Shown here piece after piece: positions 1 to 8,928 of a stretch of DNA of 64,000 bases. The position numbers and the translations under genes were made by a program. The DNA is from Zancudomyces culisetae HAW-14-8 (taxonomy: Eukaryota; Fungi; Kickxellomycota): contig JBNJNM010000009.1 in assembly GCA_052426225.1 (NCBI GenBank), forward strand, positions 248,001 through 312,000, written 5' to 3'. Under the pieces are notes generated by a model. That model was not told the origin of the DNA, ran no database searches, and saw only the letters and a list, made by a program, of their open reading frames with translations. How positions within the stretch are numbered: the first letter of the stretch is position 1; the number at the start of each line of letters is the position of its first letter.

Positions 1-816
1 TTACTTAGAATTTGGTTTAGACGTGAGTTCCATTTTATTGTTTAAGAATTGGTGAATAATACTCTAGTACACAAAAAAGATCAAACTCATAAACGACAAT
101 CGCTTCAACCAACTTTGTGTACTCACAACTGTTTTTTTAAATCCATACATTAACAATAAACAAATTTATAGAAATCAGAGTACCATAAATAAATATGATA
201 AAAGTGTTCGTGTCTAAAGCACACTAGGTCAAGCCTTTTCAAATATATTGTGTATACCTTTTCTCATTCGATTTTTAAACAAATTGTCATCTAGCCTTTT
301 TTTGAATTCCCAACGTTACTTTCCAACTATTAATACACCCGTAGCGTTTCAGAAATAAACTGCTCAATGCTGTGATCAGTGATTATTAAACTATGAATTA
401 AGCATACATATAACAAAACAATGTCCACATTCAAAAAGTCCAATTTTTAGTGTTATTTACCAAGTTTTATTTTGTATTGAAATAAAAATATCAGTAAAAA
501 TCAATGTATTATAGATCCAACAGTATTGGGTATGCTCCCTTTTCCCTTTCTCTTACTCACACCTTTGACGTCATACCATGTTTTAATTGTTTTAATTTTT
601 TTTTACTCTCTTCAGATCTCACAGCTTTAATTCTTCAACAAACATAAATACTTTGTCATATCCTTTGAAAGAGTTCTTGACCTACCTTAATGCACTAACG
701 CAAAAAAATATAAATACTTTCCTCAATGCAAACATAAAAAATTCGTCAACGATTATATTACGACTAAACAACCAGTTTATTCAATTTAATACAAATTAAT
801 AAGCAAAATCCAAAAT

Positions 817-1407
817 TCAAGCTGACACAATAGAGGGGTTTTCGCTCATCTTCTTGATCAGTTTATACATATGTGGGGCAGTTGAATCAGAGATAAGATC
901 ACCCATTCCAATCTGCTCTAGCACAAAGTGCAAGAAGTAAATGGCAAAATCTGGATAACTAAGGTTATTTCCGATGTAGTGGCCACTTGGGTTTGCAGCT
1001 AGGATTGGCTCATGCTTGCTAATCAAGTACTTAACTGCAGTCACCAACTTTTCTTTGCTGGCATCGGATTTTTCTCTGAAGTTATGTACAACGAATGCTT
1101 CAAGTGAGTCGGAGATGTTATCGACATATTGCTCTGCTGTGGCTGCTTGTTTAGCATCTGATGGAAGGAATCCGAATTTGTGTGCAACGTATCTTTCAAT
1201 CACTTTGCTCTCGCACAATGTGAACTTGGACCCGTCTGTGCATGTCTCAATCAGCACTGGGAGGCGGCCATATGGCATATTTTCCTTGGTAGCTGGCCAG
1301 TCTGGAGTGGTTTGTTTCCAGTTTGCACCGCCCACGTTGAGCATAAGTCTGGTAATAGTACCTCTACCGTTGTTGATTGGAAAATACAAAAGCTCGAATG
1401 ATGACAT
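817..1407 (-). CDS. Glutathione S-transferase, Tyr-type (sigma/pi-like), paralog 1, 196 aa, intronless
   Basis: N-terminal ELLYF..GRGTITRLML (catalytic Tyr), MPYGRLPVL (cis-Pro), LCESKVIERY (glutathione-binding ES), and C-terminal GNNLSYPDF N-cap. Clearly similar to the paralog at 8344-8928. Confidence 0.93.
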   Translation of the reverse strand: MSSFELLYFPINNGRGTITRLMLNVGGANWKQTTPDWPATKENMPYGRLPVLIETCTDGSKFTLCESKVIERYVAHKFGFLPSDAKQAATAEQYVDNISDSLEAFVVHNFREKSDASKEKLVTAVKYLISKHEPILAANPSGHYIGNNLSYPDFAIYFLHFVLEQIGMGDLISDSTAPHMYKLIKKMSENPSIVSA

Positions 1408-1504
1408 TTTTTCTTATTTCACTTGGTACTCTTTTGACAATACTGGATTGTGTTAAAGAAGTGATGGATCTACAGAACAAAAAGATGAAGGGCTTATCTG
1501 ACCG

Positions 1505-1512
1505 TATTTATA
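1505..1512 (-). promoter_or_regulatory. TATA box of GST paralog 1 (TATAAATA)
   Basis: TATAAATA on the minus strand ~98 bp upstream of the ATG at 1407. GST paralog 2 has one at a similar position. Confidence 0.5.
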
Positions 1513-1692
1513 TCTGTTCGGGATGCTAGAAAATGGGGTTTAGCATTAAAAATAAACAAACCTAGCAGATGCAAGTACAAATGCAAAGTAATGGCATTTT
1601 TTTACATTGCAGAACTCACTAAACAATGTATGGCAAATCCAAATATGCATACAAAGCAATTTAGCGGCATATTACTGCTTTTCATATACCGA

Positions 1693-1699
1693 TTAGTAA
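1693..1699 (-). promoter_or_regulatory. Candidate Yap1/AP-1 response element (TTACTAA) upstream of GST 1
   Basis: Exact TTACTAA ~290 bp upstream of the ATG. GST 2 also has TTACTAA (9404-9410) and TGACTAA (9211-9217). A short AT-rich motif, so chance is possible. Confidence 0.3.
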
Positions 1700-1941
1700 G
1701 CAGCTTGTACTTCTGGCAAATGTTTGACTCCCTAAATTAGTTTATTTCCAGCGAATGGAAAATATCAACAGGTTCAATGGAGTTTTTGCCATTAATTATA
1801 CTGCTCCACTGTTAATCTTCAGCATAATGATAAATATTTAGGCATAAAAAAATGATGCCATTGGAGAGTTTACGATTTGCATAAAAGTTCTGATGCTTCA
1901 AAGAAAGCAAAACAATTTCTCGAGCCTTAATACAAAGTCTA

Positions 1942-1954
1942 GAAATTTCTAGAA
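1942..1954. promoter_or_regulatory. Candidate heat-shock element GAAnnTTCnnGAA upstream of GST 1
   Basis: GAA-AT-TTC-TA-GAA: three perfect alternating nGAAn units ~540 bp upstream of the GST 1 ATG. Confidence 0.35.
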
Positions 1955-2124
1955 CTCATGAATTTATTTTAATGTAAATATTTCCGCCAGCCAACTATGA
2001 GTTACGACATGTGACACGGAAAAGCGATAATATCCCATCTTTTTAATAGAAAACCCGATGAAGTTTCAAGATAATGATCTGATGTATTGTTGTCACTGAC
2101 ATTTCGGAGTTTGCAAACTGTCCA

Positions 2125-2138
2125 TCAAATAACTGTAT
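2125..2138 (+). repeat. Left target-site duplication TCAAATAACTGTAT (14 bp)
   Basis: Identical to 7758-7771 and abuts the poly(T) run 2138-2150. The last T is ambiguous with the tail, so 13-14 bp. Confidence 0.95.
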
Positions 2139-2215
2139 TTTTTTTTTTTTGTTAGATGAATTTATTAAATAAATATCCCATAAAACTACAAAAAATAATC
2201 CTATAAAATACCAAT

Positions 2216-5200
2216 CTAACCAATTCCCCTCCGTCCCTCTAGGGACTCCATACCCACCGGGCGTTGGTTCAAGGAGGTTGTTTCTGATCTAAGTCGGTCT
2301 AAGATTTGCATCCTCGTTCGACGTATTCCGTCCAAAAATTGTGCCGTTACCAGCTCAACCAAAGACGGTGCTTCGGTTTCTCTCTTCTTAACGGAGAGAG
2401 TAACCATTCTTTTTGACTCCCCTCCAAGGAGTCGCCCTACAAAAAAATTCCGCCATCCTTCACTACTACCTCTCTCCTCACTTCCTATAATTGACATATC
2501 TGGGATACGTTCCAGAGTTTTATACCTAACTCCAGCCCAGTATTTACAGTCCAGTAACATGTGCTCAATGGTTTCTGCGCTATTTTTTTTACAAAATGGG
2601 CACCTGGTCTTGAACTTTTCATCTATTGTTCCCAACTTTGCCAGCCTCTCTGCTGTCCAGAACCTACCTGTTCTTATTCTCCCTATCTCCATAAGCCCTT
2701 TCTTATGCTCAGGGTATATAAGTTGTAGGTAAATCCAATTGTTCATTCCCTCGAGATTCCTGTCTAACAACCATCTCGAGATTTTAGATTTGTCATTACG
2801 AGAGTATCGTTCTAATAGTACGCTTCTCGCTGTTTTGTCCGACCCAATATATTTTTTCATCCATTTTTTCGTCCCCGTAACCCAAGTGTTGGATCTGTTT
2901 GACATTGGGTTTAAAATTAAATCTGCAATCCATGTTTTCAGTGTCGGCCATTTCAGAATTGCTCTTTCCCGTGCCGCACTAGCTTTTAAATTTACTGTGG
3001 GGATTCCCAGTTCATTTCGCAATCTATTCAATGCTGCAGATTTACCCGCTCTCATCATCGTTCGCATCGCATTGTCAATTACTGTCTGAATTTTCTTGCT
3101 TCGAATTTCGCTCATTCCAAAGAGTTCGCCTCCGTACCCTCCTATGGGTAGCAAAACTGCTTGTATAAATTTGCATCTTATTGCAATTGGTATACTATTA
3201 TTTTTTAAAAATGAATAAGCTCCAAAAAAAGCCTTTTCAGTTTTTTTCTTATTATTATTAATTGTTTCTGACGATTCCCACTTGTCATTGAAAATTAATC
3301 CCAAATACGTATATCTCTCAACGATTGGAACAAAATTTTTTTGAATCTTAAATGAAAATTTTTTTTCTGTGTTAATTGCCATAGTTCCACATTTTCCAGC
3401 GTTTACTGTCATTTCAAATTTTTCAGCCCATTCACTAATAATTTTTAAAGATATTTCCATATCTTCTGGTGTTTCAGCTAGCACCACCAAGTCGTCAGCA
3501 AAAAGCAAGCCCGGTACCCTAGTAGGTAATAGACGTTCCACATTAGGTAGGCCTGGTACTGTTACCCCTTTTATGTTATTAAATATATTGTTAATGTATA
3601 CATCAAATAGAAACGGTGACAACGGGCAACCTTGTCTAACTCCGCAATCATAGTTTACGACTGGGGACAATTCCCCTCCGACTCGAACGCACATTTTAGG
3701 TGCTTTATATAATCCCTTTATAAGTTTCAGGTAATTTTTTCTTATTCCAGCAGCCTTTAGTTTAGTTAGTAGTGCTTCCTGGGGCACTTTATCATAGGCT
3801 TTTGCAAAGTCAATAAACGCTATCCATGTTTCTTGTTTGTTCAATTTTCTTCTTCTGACAATTTCATAAAGAGTTGTTGCTTGCGCTACACACTCTTCAC
3901 GGCTGCGAAAGCCTGCTTGTTCCTTTGCTAACAGCTTCACTCTGTTATCCTCCTTGTTGAGTCTTGTTGCAACTATCTTTGCAACAAGTTTAACCATGGT
4001 TGGAATGAGTGAAATGCCCCGATAGTTGTTGGGGTCTGTAAGGTCCCCCTTTTTGGGCACCGGTACAACTATACTGGTACACCACCTCGTTGGGATTTCT
4101 CCTTTGTCGAATATCCTGCTTACCATTCTGCATACCGCTAGTGCTAACGGCGAGGTTGGCTCTTCTTCCCCTTGCACCAGCTTCCATATTTCGTTTGGGA
4201 TCCCGTCTATTCCTGCTGCTTTGTTGTTTGGGGTATCTTTTAGGACTTCCCGTATTTCTTTCCATGTTATCGTCTCTTCGCAGCCTTCTACATCCTGTAG
4301 TTGCTCCAAGTCCAATTCCTCCCATTTTGTTGGATCCCTGCTATTGCCTGTGAGGTCTTTAGCAAGATCCCCGAAATGATCCGCCCAGATTCTTTTCTTG
4401 ATGACTTCATCCGTGACCACCTCGCCATGTTTATTTTGGATCGGTCCGTTACTAATACTGTTTGATACCCTTCCAGTCCTCGCTTTTATCCACCCCCAGA
4501 GTTGCTTCGGCTTGTTCTTGGTTAGGTATTCGCTAATTTTTCTTATTTCCTTTATATATTCTTTTTTCTGGTCTTGTTTTATTTTTTTGTTTGCTTTCTC
4601 TTTTATCTTAATATACTCTCTTTCTACTGTACAATCTTTCAGGAGTTTTTTATACAGTGATCTTCGTTTCTTTATAACCATTATAGTGGATTTGGATAAT
4701 TTAGTGCTTGTTATATTTGGTTTTATACTCCTTTCTTCGAGTTCTTTGGCAGTTTCCTTTACTGCATTTTCCAAGTCTTCCGCCATTTGCTCAGTGTCCT
4801 CCAACTCCATCAGCGCTGTAAACCTGTTGTTGTTTTTAAACTCCTCCGCGCTTTCCTTGATGTTTTTCAAGTTCATTTTGTTTTTTATATTATTTTTCCT
4901 AAGCTGCTTCATTGACCACTTTGCCTGTACTGGCAGGTGGTCTGATAAGTCGAGTGACTTGTCTACCTTGCAGCTTTCTGGTCTTTCTTGGAACCCTGAA
5001 TAAAAGATGTGATCGATCATCCGGCCCATCTTTCTCCCTACTCTCCTTGTTCCTGTCGCATTGGTGATTATTGCCTGGTTAAATGATATACCAGTCTTTG
5101 TCATTAATGCAGTAGCTCCTCTCTTATCCATATTAAAGTCCCCTAGAACTACCGTTTTAATTTCTTTATTGTTATTCTTTAGCTTTCTAAGATGTTCCAC

Positions 5201-6049
5201 GAGTGTTTCCTTCGCTCGTTTTCTTCTTGGTCCTGCTGATGGAATGTGTACGTTAATGACCACAGTCTCCATCTTAGACCCATCTTCGTATATGCCTCTG
5301 ACTTTTCCTATCATCCAGAATGGTGTCGATTTATATTCCTCTATTCTGAGACCAGATTTATCTCTCACGGCTATCAGTAATCCATTTCCTCCTCTTCCCA
5401 GTTCAGATTTGGACTCAATAGACGTGTATCCTGCCAATTTGCATCTATAAGTTTTTTTACTTAGTAAAGTTTCTTGTAAAGCTAAGATATCTGGCCCTTC
5501 CTGAGCCATCACGTGCTCTAGTACCGCTTTAGATCCTTTAATACCTCGTATGTTGTATGTCCATATATTAATACTATTATTTTTGTTTATTTTATGCTGT
5601 ATGGGCTGGTATCTGGTGCCTCTCCTGTTTTTCGGCCTTTCCATACGTCCATTAGCCCTCAGGGCTTTCATTAATTTAGCTAATTTGTCGTCACTAATCT
5701 CGAGATTAGTGTCCCTTCTGTTCGTTATTTCGTACCTATATCGCTTGTTGTACTGCCTAATCCTTTTTATTCGGAAGGTATCAGGATCGATTCCCACTTG
5801 ATACCTTATTGCTTGCTTTACTGAGCTTGTTTTGAGCTCATCAATGTTCCATAACAGGAGTTTTTGTCTCCTGTTATCCCTTTTTTCCTGTTGTCCAGTG
5901 TCCTTATTGATCATTTCTGCGTGTATTAATGGTAATTTTTGGGGTCCCCAAGTGGTCATTTCTGACACATTTGGTCCCCGCTGAGTCGAGATTTGGTGAT
6001 TAGTCTTCCCTAATTTCGCCCTCCTCATTGTCGCTAGACTCAGCGCCAT
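2216..6049 (-). CDS. LINE ORF2: N-terminal extension + APE endonuclease + reverse transcriptase + C-terminal Zn knuckle (1277 aa)
   Basis: APE motifs TYNIRG, LQET, GDFN, IDHIF, SDH. RT motifs KAAGIDGIP, PKKGD..NYRGISL, QAGFR, IDFAKAYDKV, GVRQGCPLSP, LFADD, YTYLG. C-terminal CPFC..ETIEHMLLDC. Confidence 0.96.
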   Translation of the reverse strand: MALSLATMRRAKLGKTNHQISTQRGPNVSEMTTWGPQKLPLIHAEMINKDTGQQEKRDNRRQKLLLWNIDELKTSSVKQAIRYQVGIDPDTFRIKRIRQYNKRYRYEITNRRDTNLEISDDKLAKLMKALRANGRMERPKNRRGTRYQPIQHKINKNNSINIWTYNIRGIKGSKAVLEHVMAQEGPDILALQETLLSKKTYRCKLAGYTSIESKSELGRGGNGLLIAVRDKSGLRIEEYKSTPFWMIGKVRGIYEDGSKMETVVINVHIPSAGPRRKRAKETLVEHLRKLKNNNKEIKTVVLGDFNMDKRGATALMTKTGISFNQAIITNATGTRRVGRKMGRMIDHIFYSGFQERPESCKVDKSLDLSDHLPVQAKWSMKQLRKNNIKNKMNLKNIKESAEEFKNNNRFTALMELEDTEQMAEDLENAVKETAKELEERSIKPNITSTKLSKSTIMVIKKRRSLYKKLLKDCTVEREYIKIKEKANKKIKQDQKKEYIKEIRKISEYLTKNKPKQLWGWIKARTGRVSNSISNGPIQNKHGEVVTDEVIKKRIWADHFGDLAKDLTGNSRDPTKWEELDLEQLQDVEGCEETITWKEIREVLKDTPNNKAAGIDGIPNEIWKLVQGEEEPTSPLALAVCRMVSRIFDKGEIPTRWCTSIVVPVPKKGDLTDPNNYRGISLIPTMVKLVAKIVATRLNKEDNRVKLLAKEQAGFRSREECVAQATTLYEIVRRRKLNKQETWIAFIDFAKAYDKVPQEALLTKLKAAGIRKNYLKLIKGLYKAPKMCVRVGGELSPVVNYDCGVRQGCPLSPFLFDVYINNIFNNIKGVTVPGLPNVERLLPTRVPGLLFADDLVVLAETPEDMEISLKIISEWAEKFEMTVNAGKCGTMAINTEKKFSFKIQKNFVPIVERYTYLGLIFNDKWESSETINNNKKKTEKAFFGAYSFLKNNSIPIAIRCKFIQAVLLPIGGYGGELFGMSEIRSKKIQTVIDNAMRTMMRAGKSAALNRLRNELGIPTVNLKASAARERAILKWPTLKTWIADLILNPMSNRSNTWVTGTKKWMKKYIGSDKTARSVLLERYSRNDKSKISRWLLDRNLEGMNNWIYLQLIYPEHKKGLMEIGRIRTGRFWTAERLAKLGTIDEKFKTRCPFCKKNSAETIEHMLLDCKYWAGVRYKTLERIPDMSIIGSEERGSSEGWRNFFVGRLLGGESKRMVTLSVKKRETEAPSLVELVTAQFLDGIRRTRMQILDRLRSETTSLNQRPVGMESLEGRRGIG

Positions 6050-7643
6050 GACTCAGTGCATCCTGAAATTCGCCCTGAGTGTGGTCCTGGGTTCGAATCC
6101 CCACCTGACCACTTTTTTCCCAGCTCATTTCGGATTCTGAATCTTCGTCCATCTGCACACCCTCGCTCGATGGGTCTGAGTCGATCACCTTAGGGTGTCG
6201 GGTTTGGGGTTTTCTAACCCCTGTAAACGTATCAGCGTTTATCGCACCCTCCTCATTTCGAAATTCGAATCTCGAATCTGACTGAGCTGGCGCAGTGGTC
6301 ACGTGATCTGGTGTAATATTTTGTGGTGCTACTCGTTTTTCAGTAGGTAAGTTAGGGTATACTATCTTTGTTTTAGAGGTGTAGTATTGTCCCTTTGCCT
6401 TTCTCTTTTCGTACTCCTCTCTGCTAATTTGTTCTACAAAAGATAGTTCTTCTGATATAATAGTTTTATTTGAACCAGTTTGTTTAGTATTATTAAAGCT
6501 ACCAACGCTATTAACACTATTAAAACTACTACTGGTCATCGTAGTAAGCTTCAAGCCTTTTCCTTTGGCCTGTTGTGGGTTTGTCCCTACTGTGTTCGAG
6601 GCCGTATGTTCACTCTGTGGCATCATTCTAGCCTCTTGCTGTACGCTCATATCCCTTTGTTGGTTCATTCCAGGATCCAATCTAGGTGTCTGTACTTGTA
6701 CCGCCTTCACTGGTCCAAGTTTTGCTTTTACTCTAGCTGTAAACTCCTTCATCGCCTGCTTCTTTGCTTTCCTCTCGTGTCTGGCAATTATTTGCTCCTC
6801 CACTTTCCTTTCAAGCTCGGGACAGTCGTTCTTCCAGTGACCTTGCCCTTTACAGTAGGTACACATTGGGTCGCAGCCCTTCCAGAACATTGCTACTTTG
6901 ATTCCGTTTATTTCCAGTGTGCTCGGAATCTTGATCTCATTCTCATTCTCCTCCTTATTTTCCAAGAGTATCTTCATTTTGTATGGGATCATAGACTTGG
7001 ATCCCCTTACAAACATTCCTGTAGCGTCAAGTACTTTTCCATACTTGGACAATTCACTCATAATTTCTTTGGCGCAGTCTTTGGCGAATCCTGCCCCTGA
7101 GAAGTTTGGGACATTAATGATCGTTACAGACTCCTTGTACTTGACCGTCTTAAAAAATTCAACTCTTTTCCCGTCGAACATGAGTATCCGTTCGTAAACC
7201 TCATTAGCTACTTCAGGAGACTCAAAGATCCAATACGAAGTACGGTTTGCATTATCGTGATCTATTGTGTTCTCATATATGCCTAGGCGTTGTATGACTG
7301 TGTGCATACCTAAGTTGTAATTTTTTCCGAATTGCGACCATTGTATTCCAATAGTCGAATCTGAGCCCCTCATTGTCAGTCTTCTGACTTGTTTTTCTTC
7401 CTTTCCAGTACTGTAGTGGAAGATTGATTTTTCCACATACTGTTTCGGGTCATTAAACATAGGAACGTTTTGTGGCTGCTTGCGCCTTGCTCCAAATGAG
7501 AATGTGGCTGTTTGATTCGAGTTGTCCATCCCGATTCCATCTCCTTGTCTTGTTACCGCATCACGGAAACTTGTGCGTTGACGTTTTTTGGCTCCTCCAG
7601 TACCGGATTTACCGTCATTGTCGTTTTCTACCCCCTCCATCAT
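6000..7643 (-). CDS. LINE ORF1: gag-like nucleic-acid chaperone with RRM-like region and one CCHC knuckle (547 aa)
   Basis: FWKGCDPMCTYCKGQGHWKNDCP (CX2CX4HX4C) preceded by RRM-like segments (IINVPNF..ELSKYGKV), the L1/Tx1-type ORF1 layout. Long disordered C-terminus; overlaps ORF2 by 50 nt. Confidence 0.9.
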   Translation of the reverse strand: MMEGVENDNDGKSGTGGAKKRQRTSFRDAVTRQGDGIGMDNSNQTATFSFGARRKQPQNVPMFNDPKQYVEKSIFHYSTGKEEKQVRRLTMRGSDSTIGIQWSQFGKNYNLGMHTVIQRLGIYENTIDHDNANRTSYWIFESPEVANEVYERILMFDGKRVEFFKTVKYKESVTIINVPNFSGAGFAKDCAKEIMSELSKYGKVLDATGMFVRGSKSMIPYKMKILLENKEENENEIKIPSTLEINGIKVAMFWKGCDPMCTYCKGQGHWKNDCPELERKVEEQIIARHERKAKKQAMKEFTARVKAKLGPVKAVQVQTPRLDPGMNQQRDMSVQQEARMMPQSEHTASNTVGTNPQQAKGKGLKLTTMTSSSFNSVNSVGSFNNTKQTGSNKTIISEELSFVEQISREEYEKRKAKGQYYTSKTKIVYPNLPTEKRVAPQNITPDHVTTAPAQSDSRFEFRNEEGAINADTFTGVRKPQTRHPKVIDSDPSSEGVQMDEDSESEMSWEKSGQVGIRTQDHTQGEFQDALSHGAESSDNEEGEIRED

Positions 7644-7757
7644 CGTACGTTTTGCTGGTTAAAAAACTGTGTTCTTATCTTTAAAAAAGCTGCAATTTGA
7701 TTGGTTGATTCAAGAAAAATGTTTTTTTCAAAGTTAAGAGATTATAAAACGATTTGC

Positions 7758-7771
7758 TCAAATAACTGTAT
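7758..7771 (+). repeat. Right target-site duplication TCAAATAACTGTAT (14 bp)
   Basis: Identical to 2125-2138; marks the 5' end of the element. Confidence 0.95.
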
Positions 7772-8343
7772 GAGTGTTCCAATACTTTACCTCCCTTGGT
7801 CGCTCAAAATTGGATCTTTAAAACCCAGGTCAACTCTTCAATCCTAAAACCAAAATGATTTCGCTGATAAACAGTTGTCAAACCAAGTGGTCTATAGAAG
7901 TATTAACCATAATTTCCAAGTTTCTATCACCATCCAAAATCATGGCGTCACTTCAGCAAACTTACTCAATTGTTTTGATTTATCTTTTTTTGTTTAAAAG
8001 TTTAACTGGCACTCTGGAATTCCCGTTTAGAGGTTAGGGTAGAGCGGAATATACCTGAACTAGAATTAATACAAATGGTAAAACAAAAGCTACAGATGTA
8101 ACCATCTAATTGAAAAATTAGAACAATAGCATTACTTACAACAAAATTGACTTTCAGTGCTGTTACAGATTCCATAAACCAAAAAAGACATTAAAAAACA
8201 ATTTTCAGTATTCTTAGAACGAGACTCGAATCAATTATTATAATAGAGTATTCTGAAAAAAAAAGCCTAGAAAGGAAAACATAACCATGATTAATAAAAG
8301 GGTAAAATGTTTTTTAGACAAAAAAAAAAGGTACTGGCACAAA

Positions 8344-8928
8344 TTATTGGACTGCTGGGAGTGCTGCCAAGCTCTTGGCAAGCTTTGTCATGTGTGGTGC
8401 AGTTGATTCATTGATGAAATCAGTCAATCCTGTTTCAGTAAGCATGAAATACAAGTGGTAAAGGTAAATGTCAGGGTAGCTAAGCTTGTTTCCAATGTAG
8501 TGGCCACTTGGGTTTGCAGCAAGAATGGGTTCGTGTCTGCTTATTAAGTATTTCACTGCTTCTTGAACTGCTTCCTTGCTGGCATCGTTCTTTTCTACAT
8601 AGTGGTGTTTGTAGAAAAGATCAATAGAGTCAACTATGTTATCAACATAAGATTCTGCGATTGCGGACTGTTCTAGGTCAGCTGGAAGGAATCCGTACTT
8701 GCGTGCAATATATCTCTCAATTGCTTGACTCTCGCATAGAGTGAACTTAGAGCCATCAGCTTTGGTTTCAACTAGGACTGGGAGACGACCGTAAGGCATA
8801 TTTTCCTTTTCTGCTGGCCATGCAGGGCATGCGCTTTTTAGTGTCGCACCTGCGGAATTAAGCATTATTCTGGTGATATTTGCTCTCCCAAGGTTCGTTG
8901 GGAAGTACAAGAGTTCGTATGTTGACAT
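8344..8928 (-). CDS. Glutathione S-transferase, Tyr-type, paralog 2, 194 aa (true start MSTYELLYF at 8928)
   Basis: Same motifs as paralog 1 (ELLYF, MPYGRLPVL, LCESQAIERY, GNKLSYPD). AAAAATG context at 8928 and TATATAAA at 9010-9017. The ORF-track extension to 9108 is not homologous. Confidence 0.93.
   Translation of the reverse strand: MSTYELLYFPTNLGRANITRIMLNSAGATLKSACPAWPAEKENMPYGRLPVLVETKADGSKFTLCESQAIERYIARKYGFLPADLEQSAIAESYVDNIVDSIDLFYKHHYVEKNDASKEAVQEAVKYLISRHEPILAANPSGHYIGNKLSYPDIYLYHLYFMLTETGLTDFINESTAPHMTKLAKSLAALPAVQ

Larger units (their letters stand above)
2139..7757 (-). mobile_element. Full-length non-LTR (LINE) retrotransposon, ~5.6 kb, two intact overlapping ORFs
   Basis: Flanked by an identical 14-bp TSD. 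3' poly(A) is T13 at 2138-2150, with AATAAA at 2161-2166 (minus). 65-nt 3'UTR, 114-nt 5'UTR. ORF1 carries a CCHC knuckle; ORF2 is APE-RT-CCHC. No stops or frameshifts. Confidence 0.97.

Noticed and set aside
1-33. Possible first exon (AAAATG GAA CTC..AA|GTAA) on the minus strand at the window edge
   Set aside because: Only ~10 codons visible; cannot distinguish a splice donor from a stop codon.
6038-6112. A genuine tRNA gene
   Set aside because: B box is perfect, but the T stem pairs only 3/5 and the acceptor stem 4/7, there is no anticodon arm, and it lies inside ORF1. Kept only as a structural finding.
7644-7757. HDV-like ribozyme in the LINE 5'UTR
   Set aside because: The 114-nt UTR is very AT-rich with no nested double-pseudoknot pairing visible.
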